This document shows positions 25,555 to 29,421 of a stretch of DNA of 29,421 bases, one piece after another. The stretch's first letter is position 1. Every line of letters begins with the position of its first letter. The notes beneath the pieces are model-generated. The model was not told where the DNA came from. It searched no databases and worked only from the letters and a program-made list of their open reading frames with translations. Source of the DNA: an archaeon (GTDB lineage: Archaea; Iainarchaeota; Iainarchaeia; Iainarchaeales; CSSED10-239); NCBI GenBank assembly GCA_041677685.1, contig JBAYPN010000009.1, positions 1 through 29,421 on the forward strand, read 5' to 3'. The position numbers and the translations under genes are program-made.

Positions 25555-25900
25555 CTTTCTATTTTTCTTCTAAATCAATAATGTTTAATTTTTTTAAATT
25601 TTTATTATACTACTTGTTATATTATTACCACAATATTTTTTAAAATTGTTAACTAATTTAGATATTTTAAGCAAATACTGCAAATTAAGGCTAAATCTTG
25701 GTAAGTTTCGTATAGTTTCGCATAAAGTATTTAAATAATAAGAAATATTAGTTTTTTAGAAAGTATTAAAGATCTTCTATAAAAAGGATTAAGCAAATCA
25801 AATTTAATTTACAAGCTTTCTTTTTTATAAACAATTAAGATCTTTATTTCCCCACCTCACATTAATTTTTAAAAAATAAAAATAAAAGGAGTGAAAGATT

Positions 25901-28057
25901 ATGAACCAATTTTTAAAAAAGATAATTGTAGTTACTTTGGTAGCTTTTGCATTTGTGTTTTTACTATCAATAATTACACCTAAAGTTTCTGCAACTGAAA
26001 TGACTCTAAATTCTGCTTTAGATATTCAATCAAATAGTAACAATGTCTTATTTGATGAAGTCTACCTTTATCTAGATAGTTTAGATAACTATGATGAATA
26101 TGTGATTGATTATATCTATTCTTCACAAGATGTAGTACTACATAATCAAGAACAATTTAGATTAAAAAGAATGGCAGAATTAATTAAACAAAACAAAGTT
26201 TCTGTAGATTTAAAAGTGTTAGACTCAAAACCTACAGGTAATGAATATAAATATAATAAATATAAATTAGAAACATTAGTAAGTTATAAAAGTAATTTCT
26301 CTGAAGAAGTAAGAACTGTAACAGAATATATAGTGGTTATTCCAAAAAATTCAGATGTTATAGAGGATAATTACTCTTATTTTTTTAGTTCTTCAAACTT
26401 TACAAATATTAATTCAGATTTAGAAGGTACTTTTTTTTCAACTGGAATTTTATTTAAAGATTTAATTAGAAATAATTTAAATAATGGTACTATCAAAAAA
26501 AATACAGAATATATTGTTTACGGTAAATTTGTAATCACTGATGAAGATGGAACTATTCAAGAAGTAGTTAGAACAAATGGGTATAATGTGATTTTTACAA
26601 ATAATGAAAACAATAGAATTTCAGAAAAGAATGCAAATCCAGGACACAATTTAAATGGATGGTATTTTGCACATTATGGAGAAATTGGATTTTCAAATGA
26701 TAGCAAAGGTTTAGTTTCAGCTCAAAAAGAAGGATTAATAACAATTGAAGACAAACCAATTTATTTAAATTTCTCTTATGAAGCTAAATTACCAAGCGCT
26801 ATTAAAGAATTACAATCAATGATTGTTGTAATGGCTATAGATGGAAGTGATTTTGCTGTATTTTACCCAACTCTAAATAAAGATAATGTAGTTTGTAAAG
26901 AAAATTTAAATGTAGATACAAAATTAAGAGATTGTAATTTTGAATACCAAATTCCAATTTATAGATCTTTTAAAAAAGGTGTAGAATATAGGGTTGGTTA
27001 TTCTATATTTCCAGCAACAGATAAACAAGTTATTTCTCAAGAAGAAGTAAATTCTGCAGAAGATGAATTGGTTCGTTATGGGGGTATTAAAGTTTATTTT
27101 GGAAACACACCTTACAATGGAAGAATAGACATGTACAATAAGCATATGGAGAAAAATTATAATCTTTTTAAAAATTTAAATCCAGAATATAATTCAAAAG
27201 TTGTAATTATAGATGATGTTTCAAGTACTGCTAATAGTGTGAACAATAATTCCTCAAATATAAACATTATAAATATATCTTCAAATGAGTGTCAAAATAA
27301 TACTGGTAAATTTAGGATGGAATGGTTTGGAAATAATCCAAATATGAGATACTATTTAAATGTGTATGATTTTAAAAATAATTTAGTTAGGATTAGCGTA
27401 GATGGGCAATCTACAGATTCTGTAAATTCAAGTAATAACTTATTAAATATAAATAAAAAGGAAGTTCTTGTTTCTTTAAATAATGTTGATTGTGATGATA
27501 CTTATTTTGCTGAAATAGAAGGGATTTCTCAACAACAAAAAAAAGTTAAATCAACTAAATATAATTTTAGGTTTAAAAATTCAAAAGTTGTAATTATAGA
27601 TGATATTTCAAGTACTGCTAATAGTGTGAACAATAATTCCTCAAATATTAAGCCTGGTACTTTTAGTAGCCAAAATAGAGCAAACGCAAGAGTAGTTGTT
27701 GATGCAGATGTTACTCAATTATCAAGTGATATGATTAATTTAAAGAAAAGATATGCAAAGTCAACAGTTCTGCCTATTAACCAATCTAAATTAACAGTGG
27801 TTGATTCTAAAGACAATTCTAAAGATGTATATATACAAAAAGAAAATCAAACAAGAAAATTAAAAGACATTTCAGAAGTTTTAAGGGAAGAAAGAATTTC
27901 TGTTGACAATATTTCATCGGACATATCAATTGTTGAAGTAGATGGAAGAACTAGTTATGTTTTTAGAACTACAGAGAAAAGAAGGTTATTTGGTATAATC
28001 CCAATTGGTAATAAAAATGTGTATAACGTTCTAAATGCAGTTGAAGACATAAAATAA
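25901..28057 (+). CDS. Large secreted protein, function unknown, with an internal pair of near-identical linker repeats
   Basis: 718 aa. SD aaggagtga. Sec-type signal peptide KKIIVVTLVAFAFVFLLSIITPKVSA/TE. No TM elsewhere. NSKVVIIDD(V/I)SSTANSVNNNSSNI occurs twice. Confidence 0.8.
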   Translation: MNQFLKKIIVVTLVAFAFVFLLSIITPKVSATEMTLNSALDIQSNSNNVLFDEVYLYLDSLDNYDEYVIDYIYSSQDVVLHNQEQFRLKRMAELIKQNKVSVDLKVLDSKPTGNEYKYNKYKLETLVSYKSNFSEEVRTVTEYIVVIPKNSDVIEDNYSYFFSSSNFTNINSDLEGTFFSTGILFKDLIRNNLNNGTIKKNTEYIVYGKFVITDEDGTIQEVVRTNGYNVIFTNNENNRISEKNANPGHNLNGWYFAHYGEIGFSNDSKGLVSAQKEGLITIEDKPIYLNFSYEAKLPSAIKELQSMIVVMAIDGSDFAVFYPTLNKDNVVCKENLNVDTKLRDCNFEYQIPIYRSFKKGVEYRVGYSIFPATDKQVISQEEVNSAEDELVRYGGIKVYFGNTPYNGRIDMYNKHMEKNYNLFKNLNPEYNSKVVIIDDVSSTANSVNNNSSNINIINISSNECQNNTGKFRMEWFGNNPNMRYYLNVYDFKNNLVRISVDGQSTDSVNSSNNLLNINKKEVLVSLNNVDCDDTYFAEIEGISQQQKKVKSTKYNFRFKNSKVVIIDDISSTANSVNNNSSNIKPGTFSSQNRANARVVVDADVTQLSSDMINLKKRYAKSTVLPINQSKLTVVDSKDNSKDVYIQKENQTRKLKDISEVLREERISVDNISSDISIVEVDGRTSYVFRTTEKRRLFGIIPIGNKNVYNVLNAVEDIK
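27191..27261 (+). repeat. 71-bp direct repeat, copy 1
   Basis: aattcaaaagttgtaattatagatgatgtttcaagtactgctaatagtgtgaacaataattcctcaaatat. It matches copy 2 at 70 of 71 positions. Confidence 0.95.
27578..27648 (+). repeat. 71-bp direct repeat, copy 2
   Basis: Same sequence as copy 1 with one G-to-A difference (gatgatAtt). The offset is 387 bp (129 codons), so it is in frame. Confidence 0.95.
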
Positions 28058-28070
28058 AATCATAAAAAAT

Positions 28071-28105
28071 AAAAGAAGAGTAAAATCTTCTTTTCCTTTT
28101 TTTTT
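28071..28105 (+). terminator. Hairpin plus T-tract
   Basis: aaaagaag (28071-28078) pairs with cttctttt (28087-28094) across an 8-nt loop, followed by cc ttttttttt. Confidence 0.45.
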
Positions 28106-28177
28106 AATTATTTTATTTTTAGATAACTTTAAAAAGATGATTATAGATACTATATATTGTAATTTAAGTGATTTATA

Positions 28178-29116
28178 ATGAAAATAAATATAAAGATATT
28201 ATTAATATTTAGTCTTTTAATATTTAGTCTTTTAATATTTACAAGTAATTTATTTTCATACAACATAGATGGTTTAGAGACTTATATTTCTGTTAGGGAT
28301 AATGGGGCTTTAGAAGTTCATGATTATTTGTTTGTAAGTAATGTTGATTCCAATTTTTTGGTCTTAGATATAATTCCTGTTTATGATTTGGTAATAAAGG
28401 TTGATGGAAAGAAATATAATTATTATTCTTATGATCTAGATAACCTTGAAATTGATTTAAGGCATATTAACAAAGAAGTTAATTTAAATTTAGAAATAAT
28501 ATATTTAACTGATTTTTACTCAAGTAAAGAGAATTCTAATTGGATTATTAATTACAAACCTTTATTTTTTGAGAGTGTGGACAATTTTAAGCTAGACTTA
28601 CCTATAAATTCTTCCTTTAATACTTTGTCTGTTGATTTAAGCAAGGTTAGTTTTAACAATAATAGGTTCTCTGTAACTGATGTAAATGTTTCTTATTTAG
28701 ATATCAATTATTTTATTAATGATCTTAAAATAGGGGAGTCAAGTTCTAGGGATCTTAATTATTTATATTTGGGTTTAGTGTTATTTATTATTATTGTAAC
28801 TATATTTTTTATTTTTAATATTAGAAATAAAAAGGATATATATTTTAAATCAAATAAAAAGAACATTGAAACTAAATCTAAAAAAGATTTTAATGATTTA
28901 TTATTAGGTTTAAATGAAAATGAGCAAAAGATAGTTAAGTTATTGTTAGTTGAAAGTGGCTTGTCTCAAAAGAAAATTTCTTTAAAACTATTTTTACCAA
29001 AAGGTACAATTTCTAGAAATATAAAGAAGTTAGAGGAGAAAGGTTATATTGAGATTAAGAAATATGGTGTGACTAATAAAGTATTTTTAAGTAAATTGTT
29101 TGAAAAAAAGCATTAA
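28178..29116 (+). CDS. Membrane-anchored transcriptional regulator: signal peptide, DUF2207-N-like ectodomain, one TM, and a cytoplasmic MarR/ArsR-type winged-helix domain
   Basis: The N-terminal hydrophobic leader is ILLIFSLLIFSLLIF. YNIDGLETYISVRDNGALEVHDYLFV resembles the DUF2207 N-terminal motif. The TM is LYLGLVLFIIIVTIFFIF, followed by RNKK. The C-terminal segment NENEQKIVKLLLVESGLSQKKISLKLFLPKGTISRNIKKLEEKGYIEIKKYG is a typical wHTH. Confidence 0.75.
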   Translation: MKINIKILLIFSLLIFSLLIFTSNLFSYNIDGLETYISVRDNGALEVHDYLFVSNVDSNFLVLDIIPVYDLVIKVDGKKYNYYSYDLDNLEIDLRHINKEVNLNLEIIYLTDFYSSKENSNWIINYKPLFFESVDNFKLDLPINSSFNTLSVDLSKVSFNNNRFSVTDVNVSYLDINYFINDLKIGESSSRDLNYLYLGLVLFIIIVTIFFIFNIRNKKDIYFKSNKKNIETKSKKDFNDLLLGLNENEQKIVKLLLVESGLSQKKISLKLFLPKGTISRNIKKLEEKGYIEIKKYGVTNKVFLSKLFEKKH

Positions 29117-29178
29117 TTTAAATACTTTTATTCTCTTAAATTATTATTAGTAAGCAAAATCTATAATTCTATTTTTTT

Positions 29179-29261
29179 GCAGAGGTGACGGAGTGGTCAA
29201 ACGTGCTAGCCTGCTAAGCTAGAGTCTCACGACTACACGGGTTCGAATCCCGTCCTCTGCG
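29179..29261 (+). tRNA. tRNA-Ser (anticodon GCT), class II with a long variable arm
   Basis: Acceptor stem gcagagg/cctctgc, anticodon stem ctagc/gctag with loop ctGCTaa, a long variable arm (agtctcacgactac), T-arm acggg-ttcgaat-cccgt, and discriminator g. No CCA is encoded. Confidence 0.9.
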
Positions 29262-29421
29262 TAACCGGTTTTGCTCGGTTAACGCGCAATGCTTGTAAGC
29301 AGTTTGCTGTAAGTAGCTTTAAACAGTGGCTTTATAACAAAAAGTTTGTAAAGGACTATGAAACTGGATTAATTAACAAATTACCCTTATTATTCGCAAA
29401 AGAGCAAAAACATACGTATAC

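Noticed and set aside
26924-27145. ORF 26924-27145(-)
   Set aside because: It is an antisense shadow inside the 718-aa secreted-protein gene.

Overview
This is a very AT-rich chromosomal fragment from an archaeon. The archaeal assignment rests on uL16/L10e, aEF-2 with the diphthamide motif HEDAIHRG, archaeal-type D-aminoacyl-tRNA deacylase DTD2, a Prx6-type peroxiredoxin with the archaeal CxDWWxC tail, and GGTGA/GGAGG Shine-Dalgarno sequences. Several housekeeping genes have degraded motifs. Together with the dispersed translation genes and the abundant N/D/Y-rich surface proteins, this suggests a fast-evolving, small-genome DPANN-like lineage. That placement is an inference, not shown. The window begins inside the 3' third of a 23S rRNA gene with no 5S rRNA gene after it, and contains tRNA-Asp(GTC) and tRNA-Ser(GCT). 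I support about 28 coding regions. They include uL16, ndk, aEF-2, peroxiredoxin, DTD2, a HAD hydrolase, an HhH-GPD glycosylase, three class I methyltransferases (one frameshifted in a T7 run), a DedA protein and divergent Prs-like and DXR-like proteins. The most interesting block is 15036-19536. It holds a FlaI/PilB/VirB11-family secretion ATPase with an N-terminal multi-cysteine ferredoxin (DmsB-like) domain. It is followed by a tandem array of four TATA-like 21-22 bp units, a charged-repeat bitopic membrane protein and two separate half-size T2SSF (TadB/TadC-like) platform proteins. No pilin or prepilin peptidase is visible in the window. Other notable items:
- a 79-aa protein made only of seven near-perfect 33-bp repeats (VVKKKAPVKKA)
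- a Lys/Ala-rich C-terminal tail on uL16
- a DXR-fold protein that has lost every catalytic and NADPH motif
- a roughly 1050-aa surface protein split into two frames
- a secreted protein with two near-identical in-frame 71-bp repeats
- a membrane-anchored winged-helix regulator with a DUF2207-like ectodomain
- substitutions at normally invariant 23S peptidyl-transferase-centre positions

All family assignments come from motif recognition by eye. No database search was run.
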